DNA of 64,000 nt from an uncultured Gemmatimonadales bacterium (GTDB lineage: Bacteria > Gemmatimonadota > Gemmatimonadetes > Longimicrobiales > Longimicrobiaceae), in contig OY970303.1 in NCBI GenBank assembly GCA_963716255.1, positions 4,704,001-4,768,000 on the forward strand, read 5' to 3'. Position numbers and translations under genes: made by a program. This document shows, in pieces, positions 29,051-38,809 of this stretch. Position 1 is the stretch's first letter; the number at the start of each line of letters is the position of its first letter. Under the pieces are notes generated by a model, which had not been told where the DNA came from, did not search any database, and worked only from the letters and a program-made list of their open reading frames with translations.

Positions 29051-32000
29051 TCAGCCGCCGCCCAGCCGCCGCCGCACCTCCTCGTCGGACAGGCCGGCGA
29101 GCCGCTCCAGCTCCTCGTACATCTCCCACTCCTCCAGCGCCGGGGCGGGGCTGGCGGCCTCCAGCCAGGCGGCCAGGCCGGCGACGGTGGGCGCCTCGAA
29201 GACGGCGCGCAGCGGCAGCTCCACCCCGAGCTGCTCCCGCACCCGCGAGACCAGGCGCGTGGCGAGGAGCGAGTGCCCGCCCAGGCCGAAGAAGTCGTCG
29301 AGGATCCCCACCCGCTCCACCCGCAGGACCCCGGCCCAGATCCCCGCCAGGGCCTCCTCGGTGGGGGTGCGCGGCGCCACGTAGCCCTCCGTCCCCGCCG
29401 GCCCGGCCGCCGGCAGCGCCCGCCGGTCGAGCTTGCCGTTGGGAGTCAGGGGAAGCTTCTCCAGCGCCACGAACGCGGAGGGCACCATGTACTCCGGGAG
29501 GCTCCGCTGCAGGTGCTCGCGCATCGCGTCGGCGTCCGCCTCGCCGACGATGTACGCCACCAGGCGCTGCTCGCCCGGCTCGTCCTCCCGCACGATCACC
29601 CGCGCCTCGCGCACCTCCGCGTGCGCGCACAGCACCGCCTCGATCTCCCCCGGCTCGATGCGGAAGCCCCGCACCTTGACCTGCTCGTCCACGCGCCCGA
29701 TGAACTCCAGCCTGCCGTCCGTCTTCCAGCGCAGCCGGTCTCCCGTGCGGTACATCCGCGCGCCCGGCTCCGCGGCGAAGGGGTCCGGCACGAAGCGCCC
29801 GGCCGTCAGCTCCGGCCGGCCCAGGTAACCCCGCGCCACCCCGCCGCCGCCCACGTACAGCTCCCCGGGCACGCCCACCGGCACCGGGTTCCCCCGCCCG
29901 TCCAGCACCCACACCGCAAGGTCGGGGATCGCCACGCCCACCGGGCTCCCCTCGCCAGCCTCCACGTCCGCCCGCAGGATCGGGCGGTACGTCACGTGGA
30001 CCGTGGTCTCGGTGATCCCGTACATGTTCACCAGGCGCGGCATCTCCTCGCCGTGCCGCTCCATCCATCCCCGCAGGATCCGCGGGTCCAGCGCCTCGCC
30101 CCCGAAGATCACCAGGCGCAGCGCCAGCCCGGCCGGCACCCCGCCCGTCTCCTCCACCGCGGCGAGCTGCCGGAAGGCGGAGGGCGTCTGGTTCAGCACC
30201 GTCACGCGCTCGCTCGCCAGCAGCGCGTGGAACGCCTCCGGGTCGCGGCTGGTCTGCCAGGGCACCACCACCAGGCGCCCGCCGTGCAGCAGCGCCCCCC
30301 AGATCTCCCACACCGAGAAGTCGAAGGCGTAGGAGTGGAACAGCGTCCACGCGTCGTCCGGCCCGAAGCCGAACCACGCCTCGGTGGCGGCGAAGAGGCG
30401 CGACACGTTGCCGTGCGTGACCACCACGCCCTTGGGGCGGCCGGTGGAGCCGGAGGTGTAGATGACGTATGCCGCGTTCTCCGGGCTCACCTCCACCTCC
30501 GGCGCGGCGTCGCCTCCCTCCTCCTCCGCCAGCGCGGCCTCCAGCGCGATCACCTCCATGGACGGCTCGCCCAGGAGCTCGCGCAGCCCGTCCTGCACCA
30601 GGACGGCCGCGCACCCGGAGTCCTCCAGCAGGTAGGCGATGCGCCCGGCCGGGTAGGCGGGGTCGACGGGCACGTACGCGCCGCCGGCCTTGAGCACGGC
30701 CAGGAGCGCCACGACCAGCTCGGCGGAGCGCTCGGCACACACGGCCACGCGCACCTCGGGACCCACGCCGCGGCGGCGCAGGTGGCACGCGAGCCGGTTG
30801 GCCCGGCGCTCCAGCTCGCCGTACGCGAGCGTGCTGTCCTCGAAGACCACCGCCGCCGCGTCCGGGGCGCGCTCCGCCTGGCGCGCGAACAGCTCGTGCA
30901 CGGCCGCCCGGGGGTGCTCCGCCGTGGCGGCGGAGGAGGCGAGCAGCTGCGCCCGCTCGCTCTCGCGCAGCAGCGACAGCTCCGACAGGCGCCGCCCCGG
31001 CCCGGCCGACAGCGCCTCCAGCACCGCTTCCAGGTGCCCGGCCATGCGCTCGGCGGTGGCGTCCTCGAACAGGTCCGTGCGGTAGACGATCCCCCCGGCG
31101 ATCTCCTCCGCGTCCTGGACCAGGCCAAGGCTCAGCTCGAACTTGGCCGCCTCCGGGCCGTGCGCGAGCGGCGCCGTCTCCACCCCCTCCAGGCGGAGCG
31201 CGCCCCCGGGCCCGGCCGCGGTCTCGAAGGTGAACGCCACCTGGAAGAGCGGCGCGTGCGACAGGCTCCGCTCGGGGGCCAGCTCCTCCACCAGCCGCTC
31301 GAAGGGGAGGTCCTGGTGCTGGAAGGCGCCGAGCGTCGTTTCCCGCACCCGCCCCAGCAGCTCGCGGAAGGTGGGATCGCCCGACAGGTCCGTCCGCAGC
31401 ACCAGCGTGTTGACGAAGAAGCCGATCAGCCCCTCGGTCTCGGCGCGGGTGCGTCCGGCGATGGGGGAGCCCACCACCACGTCCTCCTGGCCCGAGTACC
31501 GGGACAGCAGGAGCTGCCAGGCGGCCAGGATCGCCATGAACGGCGTCACCCCCTCCCGCCGCGCCGTGCCGCGCAGCGTCCGCGACGCCCCGGCGCCCAG
31601 GACGAGGGGCCGGGCGCCGGCGGGCACGCTTCCGCCCGGCCGGCGGCGCCCGTCGGCCGGGAGGTCCAGGGTGGGGGGCGCGCCGGCGAGCCGCTCCCTC
31701 CACCAGCCGAGCTCCGCCTCCAGCACCGCGCCCGAGAGCCAGCGGCGCTGCCAGGCGGCGTAGTCCGCGTACTGCACGGGAAGCTCCGGGAGCCGGGGCT
31801 CCTCGCCGCGGCGGAGGGCCGCGTACGACGCAGAGACCTCGCGGGTCAGCACGTCCATGCTCCAGGCGTCGCTGACGACGTGGTGCAGGGTGAAGAGCGC
31901 CGCGTGGTCTTCCCGGTCCAGCTTCACCAGCGTGGCCCGCAGCAGGGGCCCGCGCGCCAGGTCGAAGGGGCGCGCCGCCTCCGCGGCGGCCAGCCGCGCG

Positions 32001-35000
32001 GCCTCGGCCTCCCTCCGCTCCGGGGGGAGCGCGGCCAGCTCCACGACGGGGAGGGGAACGGGGCCGGCCGGACGGATGGCCTGCACGGGCTCGCCGTCGC
32101 GGACGGCGAGCACGGTGCGCAGCACCTCGTGCCGGCGGACCGTGGCGGCGAGGGCGCGCCGCAGGGCCCGCGCGTCCAGCGCCCCCTGAAGGCGCAGCGC
32201 GGCCGGGACGTTGTACGCGGTGCTCCCGGGCTGGAGCTGGTCGATGAACCAGAGGCGCTGCTGCGCGAAGGAGAGCGGGACGTCCCCGTCGCGGGGAACG
32301 GGAAGGAGCGGGGGCGCCAGGCTCCCCGCTCCCTCGCGGAGCAGCGCCTCCACGCGCTCCGCGAGACCCGCCGGGGTGGGTGCCTCGAACAGGGCGCGCA
32401 GCGGCACCTCCACGCCGAGCGCGTCCCGCACCCGCGACACCAGGCGCGTGGCGAGCAGGGAGTGCCCGCCCAGCTCGAAGAAGTCGTCGTGCACTCCCAC
32501 CCGCTCCACCCCGAGGACCTGCGCCCACGCTTCCGCCAGCGCGCGCTCCGTCCCGCCGCGCGGGGCCGCGAACTCCCGGCCGGCCCCCGCTTCCGGGGCC
32601 GGGAGCGCCCGGCGGTCGAGCTTGCCGTTGGGGGTGAGCGGAAGCGCCTCCAGCGCCACGAAGGCGGAGGGCACCATGTGCTCCGGGAGGAGCGCCTTCA
32701 GGTGCGCCCGCAGCTCGCCCCCGTCCGGGGCGCCGCCCCCGGCCGTGAAGTAGCCCAACAGCGCCTGGCCGCGTACCAGCACCACGGCCTCGCGGACACC
32801 CGGGTGGCGCTCCAGGGCGGCTTCGACTTCCCCGGGCTCCACGCGGAAGCCCCGCACCTTGACCTGGTGGTCGATCCGCCCCAGGAACTCCAGCGTCCCG
32901 TCCGCGAGCCAGCGCACCCGGTCGCCGGTGCGGTACAGCCGCGCGCCGCCTTCCACCGCGAACGGATCCGGAACGAACCTCTCCGCCGTCAGCGCCTCCC
33001 GCCCCAGGTAGCCGCGCGCCACCCCCTCGCCCCCGATGAACAGCTCCCCGGGGACGCGGGCGGGCACCGGCTGGCCCCCCGGGTCCAGCACGTACAGCCT
33101 CACGTTTCCCGTGGGCCGGCCGACGGGGAGGCTGCTCCAGCGCGACCCGTCGTCGCCCGCCGCCAGGTGGAGGGTCGTGGAGGTGCAGGCCGTTTCCGTC
33201 AGCCCGAACACGTGGACCAGGGGCACGCGCAGCTCCGCCCACTCGCGCAGCCGGTCGGCCGAGACGCGCTCGCCGCCCACCAGCACCGCGCGCACGCGGC
33301 CGGGGAGGCGCCCGCCCCGCCCGGCCAGCTCCCGCACCCACTCGTGCCAGTAGGAGGTCGGCAGCTCGAAGACCGTCACGGCCTCCTCCGCGACGACGCG
33401 CAGCAGCGTCCCGGGAGCGAACAGCTCGTCGCGCGAAAAGACGACGGCGGCGCCGGCGAGCCAGGCGGGGAACAGCTCCTCCACCACCACGTCGAACCCG
33501 GGGGAGGCGAACTGCAGCACGCGGTCGCCGGGCCCCAGCCCCAGGCGGGCGGCCATGTCCGTGGCGAAGTTGACCACCGCGCGGTGCGGGACGGCGACGC
33601 CCTTGGGGGTGCCGGTGGAGCCCGAGGTGTAGATCACGTAGGCGAGGGCGTCGGGGAACGGCGAGCGCGGGGGCGCGCTCCCGCCGCCGGTGCCGTCGTC
33701 CGCTCCCAGCCACACCACCTCGCCCCCGAACTCCGGCAGCCCCGCGGCGGCTCCCGCCTCCGCCACCAGCACGCGCGCCCCGCTGTCGCGGAGCATGTAC
33801 TCCAGACGCTCCGCCGGGTAGGCCGGGTCCAGGGGAACGTAGGCGCCGCCGGCCGCGAGGACGCCCAGGATCGCCAGCGCCATCCCGGGACCCCGCTCCA
33901 CGCAGATGCCCACCCGGGTCTCCGCGCCCACTCCCAGCCGGCGAAGGCGGCGCGCGAGACGGCCCGCGCCCTCCTGCAGTTCGGCGTACGAGAGCGCGCG
34001 TCCCTCGAACACCACCGCGGGGGCCGCGGGAGTGCGGGCGGCCTGCTCGGCGAACAGCTCGTGCAGGCAGCGCTCCCGCGGGAACTCGCGGCCGGTGGCG
34101 TTCCACGCTTCCACCACCTGCGCCCGCTCCTCCGGCGCGAGCATGGTCAGGGTGGAGACCGGCCGCTCGGGGCTCCGGAGCCCGCCTTCCAGGAGGAGGC
34201 GGAAGTGCTCCAGCATGCGCTCCGCGGTGGCGTGCTCGAAGAGGTCGGCGCGGTAGCGGAGCGTCCCCGCGACGCGCCCGGGGCCGGCGTGGAGGGCCAA
34301 GTCCAGGTCGAAGGGCGTGACGCCTTCCCCGCAGGACAGGGGCTCCACGCGGAGGTTCCCCAGGCGGAGGGCGCCCTCCTCGACGTTCTGGAGGGCGAAC
34401 ATCACCTGGAAGAGCGGCGTGCGCGACAGGCTGCGCTCCGGCTGCAGCGCCTCCACCAGCCGCTCGAAGGGGAGGTCCTGGTGGTGGAACGCCCCCAGCG
34501 CCGCCTCGCGCACGCGCCCGAGCAGCCCGCGGAACGACGGCCGTTCCGTGCCGGACACGTCGGTGCGCATCGCCAGCGTGTTGACGAAGAAGCCGATCAG
34601 CCCCTCCAGCTCGACCCGGGTGCGCCCCGCGATGGGAGTGCCGACGACCACGTCCTCCTGGCCCGAGTAGCGGGACAGGAGCAGGGCGAAGCCGGCCAGC
34701 AGCACCATGAACGGCGTCGCCCCCTCGCGCCGCGCCGTTTCGTGCAGCTCCCGCGACAGCTCCGGCGGCAGGGCGATGGCGACGGCCCGCGCGGGGCCCT
34801 CGGCCACCGGCCGGCGGGGGCGGTCGACCGGGAGGTCCAGCTCCGGCGGGGCGCCGGCCAGCTGCACGGTCCACCAGCGCAGCTGCTCCTTCAGCGCCCC
34901 GCCGTCCCGGGCGCGCTGCCACGCCGCGTAGTCGGCGTACTGGACGGGGAGCGCGGGGAGCGGCGACGCCCCGCCCCGGACGAACGCCTCGTAGAGCGCC

Positions 35001-38000
35001 GACAGCTCGCGGGTCAGCACACCCGTGCTCCACCCGTCGCTCACCACGTGGTGGAGGGTGAAGAGCACGGCGTGGTCGTCCGGACCCAGGCGGACCAGCA
35101 CGGTCCGCAGGAGCGGGCCGCGCGCCAGGTCGAAGGGGCGCAGCGCCTCCCCGGCCGCGAGGCGCGCGGCCTCCCTTTCTCCGCGGGCCGCCCCGAGGCC
35201 CGCCAGGTCCACCGCCGGGAAGGCGACCGGTCCGGCGGGCCGGACGGACTGCGCCGGCTCCCCGCCTTCCACGACGAACACGGTCCGCAGCACCTCGTGC
35301 CGGCGCACGACCTCCGAAAGCGCGCGGCGCAGCGCCCGCACCTCCAGCGCCCCGCGGAGACGCAGCGGAAAGGGGAGGACGTAGGCCGCGGCCCCGGGCT
35401 GGAGCTGGTCGATGAACCAGAGCCGCTGCTGCGCGAAGGAGAGCGGCAGCGGCGAGCCGTCGCGCGGGACGGGGCGGAGCGGCGGGAGCCGCTCTCCGGC
35501 GCCCTCGCCGCGCAGGGCGTCCATGCGCTCCGCGAGCCCGGCCAGCGTGGGGTGCTCGAACAGGAGCCGGAGCGGCATCTCCGTCCCGAGCGCTTCCCCC
35601 ACCCGGGAGGCGACGCGCGTGGCCAGCAGCGAGTGGCCGCCCAGCGCGAAGAAGTCGTCGTGCACCCCCACGCGCTCCAGGTGGAGCACCGAGGCCCAGA
35701 TCCCCGCCAGGAGCTCCTCGGCCGCGGTGCGGGGGGCGACGTACCCTTCCGCGCCGCCGGCCCCGGGGGCGGGGAGCGCGCGCCGGTCCAGCTTGCCGGT
35801 GGGAGTGAGCGGAAGCCTGTCCAGCACCACGAACACGGAGGGCACCATGTGCGCCGGGAGCCGCTCCGCGAGCCACCGCCTCAGCTCCGCACCGTCGGCG
35901 GGACCGCCCTCCGCGGACGGTACCACGTAGCCCACCAGGCGCCGCCCTTCGGTGCCCGGCGCGCCGGGGGCGGGATCCTCGCGCACCGCCACCGCCGCCG
36001 CCTCCACCCCCGGGTGCTCCGCCAGCGCCGCCTCCACCTCGCCCGGCTCGATCCGGAAGCCCCGCACCTTGACCTGCGTGTCCGTGCGTCCCAGGAACTC
36101 CAGCTCCCCGTCCCCCGTCCAGCGCACCCGGTCCCCCGTGCGGAAGAGCCGCGCCCCTCCCTCCGCGGCGAAGGGGTCCGGGAGCCACTTCTCGGCCGTC
36201 TGCGCGGGCCGGCCCAGGTAGTCGCGCGCCACGCTCGCCCCGCCGATGCACAGCTCGCCGGGCACGCCCACGGGGACCGGCCGGAGGGCGCGGTCCAGCA
36301 CGTACAGCGCGGCGTTGCCCAGGGGGCGCCCCAGCCACTGCCGGCGCGCGTCCGTGGGGCGCGACTCGTGGGCGGCGCAGATGACGGCGGCCTCGGTGGG
36401 GCCGTAGAGCACGTGGATGGAGGCGGCGGGGAAGACCTCGCGCATCTCCTCCAGCAGGTCGGGCGGGACGGCGTCGCCGCCCACGAAGACGCGCCGCATG
36501 CGGGGGAGTGTGCGCCCGGAGGCGCGCAGCTCGTGCGCGGTCCGGCGCATCAGCGCGGGGACGGCGTGCACCACGGTCGCGTCCTCCAGCTCCGCGGCCA
36601 GCCCCTCCGCCCGCAGCACCTGCTCGCGCGCGAGAAGCCGGACGGACGCTCCGGCCAGGAGGGGGAGGACGGCCTCGAAGAGCCAGATGTCGAAGGCGAA
36701 GCTCGCCAGCGCGAGCACGCGGTCCGCGGGCAGGAAGGCGAACGCCTCCCGGGCGGCGTGCACGGTGGCGAGCAGGCTCCGGTGCGTGACGCGCACGCCC
36801 TTGGGCCGGCCGGTGGAGCCGGAAGTGTGGATGACGTACGCGAGGGAGTCGGGGTCGACCTCCGGGTCCGGGTCCGGGTCGTCCCCCGCGGGGGCGCGCT
36901 CGGCGTCTTCCGGCAGGGCCGGGTCCAGCAGTACCCGGTCCAGAAGGACCACGCGCGCGCCGTGCTCCGGCAGCGCCGCGGCCAGCCGGGCCTGCGTCAG
37001 CACCACGGGAACGGCGGCGTCGTCCAGCAGGAAGGCCAGCCGCTCCGCCGGGTAGCCCGGGTCCAGCGGGACGTACGCGCTGCCCGCCTTCCACACGCCC
37101 AGGACCGCCGTCAGCAGCCCGGGGCCGGGCTCCAGGAAAATGCCCACCGGGGTCTCGGGAGCGACGCCCAGGGAGCGCAGGACGCGGGCGAGCCGGCCGG
37201 AGCGCAGCTCCAGCGCGGCGTAGGTGAGGGCGTCCTCCCCGCCGGAGACGGCGGGCGCGCCGGGGGTGCGGGCGGCCTGCGCGGCGAAGAGCGCCGGCAC
37301 GGCGGGTCCCGCGGGGCGCGTCCCCGGGGGGCTCCACTCGCGGAGGAGGCGGTCCCGCTCCCGCGGCCCCAGCAGCGGGATCTCCGAGACGCGGCGCCCG
37401 GGGTGCTCCAGCGCGCCCTCCAGGAGGACGCGGAAGTGATCGAGCATCCGCCCGGCGGTGGCTTCCTCGAAGAGGTCGGCGCGGAAGGTCAGCGTCCCCA
37501 CGATCCGCTCGCCGTCCTCCCGCAGGCCGAGGCCGAGCGCGAACTGGGACGCCTCCTCCTTCCCGGCGAGGGGCTCCATCTCCACCTCGCCCAGCCGCAG
37601 CTCGCCCGCCTCCACGTTCTGCAGGGCGAACATCACCTGGAAGACGGGCATGTGCACCAGGCTCCGCTCCACGGCCAGCTCCTCCACCAGGCGCTCGAAG
37701 GGGAGATCCTGGTGCTCGAAGGCGGCCATCGCACCGTCCCGCACGCGTCCGAGCAGCCCGCGGAAGTCCGGGTCCCCGGACAGGTCGGTCCGCAGGGCGA
37801 GGGTGTTGATGAAGAAGCCGATCAGCCCCTCCAGCTCCGCCCGGGTGCGGCCGGCGACGGGGGTGCCCACGACCACGTCCTCCTGGTCCGCGTAGCGCCC
37901 CAGCAGGAGCTGCCAGGCCGCGAGCAGCACCATGAACGCGGTCGCGCCCTCGCTCCGCGCCGCCTCGCCCACCCCGCGCGAGACGGCGGGGGGGAGGACG

Positions 38001-38809
38001 ACGGGCACGCCCCGCGCGACCGCGCCGACGACGGCGCGGGCGGGGTGGTCGGTGGGGAGCTCCAGGACCGGCGGGGCGCCCGCCAGGCGCTCCCGCCAGA
38101 AGGCGAGCTGCGCCCGGAGCCGGTCTCCGGCGAGCCATTCCCGCTGCCAGAGCGCGTAGTCCGCGTACTGCACGGGCAGCTCGGGGAGCGGCGAGGCCTC
38201 GCCCCGGACGAACGCCCCGTAGATCGCCGACAGCTCGCGGGCGAGCACGCCGGTGCTCCACCCGTCGCTCACCACGTGGTGAAGGGTGAACAGCCCCGCG
38301 TGGTTGCCGTCGTCCAGCCGGAGCAGCGCGGCGCGCAGGAGCGGGCCGCGCGCCAGGTCGAAGGGGCGGCGGGCCTCCTCCCGGGCCAGCCGGCGGGTCT
38401 CCGCCTCGCGCGCCGCCGCGGGGAGGCCGGACAGGTCCGCCACGGGAAAGCGGACGGGCGCCGGGGGGAGCACCACCTGGACCGCCTCGTCCCCTTCCGC
38501 GGCGAAGATCGTGCGCAGCGCCTCGTGGCGCCGGACCACCTCCGAAAGGGTCCTCCGGAGGGTCCGCACCTCCAGCGGCCCCCGCAGCCGCAGCGGGAAC
38601 GGCATGTTGTAGGTGGCCGTCCCGGGGGCGAGGCGGTCCACGAACCAGAGCCGCTGCTGCGCGAACGAGAGAGGCAGCGGCGTTCCCGGACTCCTCCTGC
38701 GGATCTCCTCGGGATCGCGCTCCGCCTCCGCCCCCGCCTGCATCAGCTTCTGGAGGAGGCGGCGGCGCTCGGGGGACAGCCTCGCCAGCCGGTCCAGCCG
38801 GTCCGTCAT
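29051..38809 (-). CDS. NRPS 3 (C-A-T)x3, 3252 aa
   Basis: ATG overlaps the upstream stop (ATGA at 38809-38806). Three complete modules; A codes are DIFH-type, DVEE-type (acidic pocket) and DFWNIGMVHK (Thr-type). Confidence 0.95.
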   Translation of the reverse strand: MTDRLDRLARLSPERRRLLQKLMQAGAEAERDPEEIRRRSPGTPLPLSFAQQRLWFVDRLAPGTATYNMPFPLRLRGPLEVRTLRRTLSEVVRRHEALRTIFAAEGDEAVQVVLPPAPVRFPVADLSGLPAAAREAETRRLAREEARRPFDLARGPLLRAALLRLDDGNHAGLFTLHHVVSDGWSTGVLARELSAIYGAFVRGEASPLPELPVQYADYALWQREWLAGDRLRAQLAFWRERLAGAPPVLELPTDHPARAVVGAVARGVPVVLPPAVSRGVGEAARSEGATAFMVLLAAWQLLLGRYADQEDVVVGTPVAGRTRAELEGLIGFFINTLALRTDLSGDPDFRGLLGRVRDGAMAAFEHQDLPFERLVEELAVERSLVHMPVFQVMFALQNVEAGELRLGEVEMEPLAGKEEASQFALGLGLREDGERIVGTLTFRADLFEEATAGRMLDHFRVLLEGALEHPGRRVSEIPLLGPRERDRLLREWSPPGTRPAGPAVPALFAAQAARTPGAPAVSGGEDALTYAALELRSGRLARVLRSLGVAPETPVGIFLEPGPGLLTAVLGVWKAGSAYVPLDPGYPAERLAFLLDDAAVPVVLTQARLAAALPEHGARVVLLDRVLLDPALPEDAERAPAGDDPDPDPEVDPDSLAYVIHTSGSTGRPKGVRVTHRSLLATVHAAREAFAFLPADRVLALASFAFDIWLFEAVLPLLAGASVRLLAREQVLRAEGLAAELEDATVVHAVPALMRRTAHELRASGRTLPRMRRVFVGGDAVPPDLLEEMREVFPAASIHVLYGPTEAAVICAAHESRPTDARRQWLGRPLGNAALYVLDRALRPVPVGVPGELCIGGASVARDYLGRPAQTAEKWLPDPFAAEGGARLFRTGDRVRWTGDGELEFLGRTDTQVKVRGFRIEPGEVEAALAEHPGVEAAAVAVREDPAPGAPGTEGRRLVGYVVPSAEGGPADGAELRRWLAERLPAHMVPSVFVVLDRLPLTPTGKLDRRALPAPGAGGAEGYVAPRTAAEELLAGIWASVLHLERVGVHDDFFALGGHSLLATRVASRVGEALGTEMPLRLLFEHPTLAGLAERMDALRGEGAGERLPPLRPVPRDGSPLPLSFAQQRLWFIDQLQPGAAAYVLPFPLRLRGALEVRALRRALSEVVRRHEVLRTVFVVEGGEPAQSVRPAGPVAFPAVDLAGLGAARGEREAARLAAGEALRPFDLARGPLLRTVLVRLGPDDHAVLFTLHHVVSDGWSTGVLTRELSALYEAFVRGGASPLPALPVQYADYAAWQRARDGGALKEQLRWWTVQLAGAPPELDLPVDRPRRPVAEGPARAVAIALPPELSRELHETARREGATPFMVLLAGFALLLSRYSGQEDVVVGTPIAGRTRVELEGLIGFFVNTLAMRTDVSGTERPSFRGLLGRVREAALGAFHHQDLPFERLVEALQPERSLSRTPLFQVMFALQNVEEGALRLGNLRVEPLSCGEGVTPFDLDLALHAGPGRVAGTLRYRADLFEHATAERMLEHFRLLLEGGLRSPERPVSTLTMLAPEERAQVVEAWNATGREFPRERCLHELFAEQAARTPAAPAVVFEGRALSYAELQEGAGRLARRLRRLGVGAETRVGICVERGPGMALAILGVLAAGGAYVPLDPAYPAERLEYMLRDSGARVLVAEAGAAAGLPEFGGEVVWLGADDGTGGGSAPPRSPFPDALAYVIYTSGSTGTPKGVAVPHRAVVNFATDMAARLGLGPGDRVLQFASPGFDVVVEELFPAWLAGAAVVFSRDELFAPGTLLRVVAEEAVTVFELPTSYWHEWVRELAGRGGRLPGRVRAVLVGGERVSADRLREWAELRVPLVHVFGLTETACTSTTLHLAAGDDGSRWSSLPVGRPTGNVRLYVLDPGGQPVPARVPGELFIGGEGVARGYLGREALTAERFVPDPFAVEGGARLYRTGDRVRWLADGTLEFLGRIDHQVKVRGFRVEPGEVEAALERHPGVREAVVLVRGQALLGYFTAGGGAPDGGELRAHLKALLPEHMVPSAFVALEALPLTPNGKLDRRALPAPEAGAGREFAAPRGGTERALAEAWAQVLGVERVGVHDDFFELGGHSLLATRLVSRVRDALGVEVPLRALFEAPTPAGLAERVEALLREGAGSLAPPLLPVPRDGDVPLSFAQQRLWFIDQLQPGSTAYNVPAALRLQGALDARALRRALAATVRRHEVLRTVLAVRDGEPVQAIRPAGPVPLPVVELAALPPERREAEAARLAAAEAARPFDLARGPLLRATLVKLDREDHAALFTLHHVVSDAWSMDVLTREVSASYAALRRGEEPRLPELPVQYADYAAWQRRWLSGAVLEAELGWWRERLAGAPPTLDLPADGRRRPGGSVPAGARPLVLGAGASRTLRGTARREGVTPFMAILAAWQLLLSRYSGQEDVVVGSPIAGRTRAETEGLIGFFVNTLVLRTDLSGDPTFRELLGRVRETTLGAFQHQDLPFERLVEELAPERSLSHAPLFQVAFTFETAAGPGGALRLEGVETAPLAHGPEAAKFELSLGLVQDAEEIAGGIVYRTDLFEDATAERMAGHLEAVLEALSAGPGRRLSELSLLRESERAQLLASSAATAEHPRAAVHELFARQAERAPDAAAVVFEDSTLAYGELERRANRLACHLRRRGVGPEVRVAVCAERSAELVVALLAVLKAGGAYVPVDPAYPAGRIAYLLEDSGCAAVLVQDGLRELLGEPSMEVIALEAALAEEEGGDAAPEVEVSPENAAYVIYTSGSTGRPKGVVVTHGNVSRLFAATEAWFGFGPDDAWTLFHSYAFDFSVWEIWGALLHGGRLVVVPWQTSRDPEAFHALLASERVTVLNQTPSAFRQLAAVEETGGVPAGLALRLVIFGGEALDPRILRGWMERHGEEMPRLVNMYGITETTVHVTYRPILRADVEAGEGSPVGVAIPDLAVWVLDGRGNPVPVGVPGELYVGGGGVARGYLGRPELTAGRFVPDPFAAEPGARMYRTGDRLRWKTDGRLEFIGRVDEQVKVRGFRIEPGEIEAVLCAHAEVREARVIVREDEPGEQRLVAYIVGEADADAMREHLQRSLPEYMVPSAFVALEKLPLTPNGKLDRRALPAAGPAGTEGYVAPRTPTEEALAGIWAGVLRVERVGILDDFFGLGGHSLLATRLVSRVREQLGVELPLRAVFEAPTVAGLAAWLEAASPAPALEEWEMYEELERLAGLSDEEVRRRLGGG

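Noticed and set aside
28956..38261. Apparent 6750-aa NRPS (ORF 18009-38261)
   Set aside because: The N-terminal ~3100 aa are an off-frame reading over NRPS 3. Real NRPS 4 sequence begins at GTG 28955, which has its own RBS.
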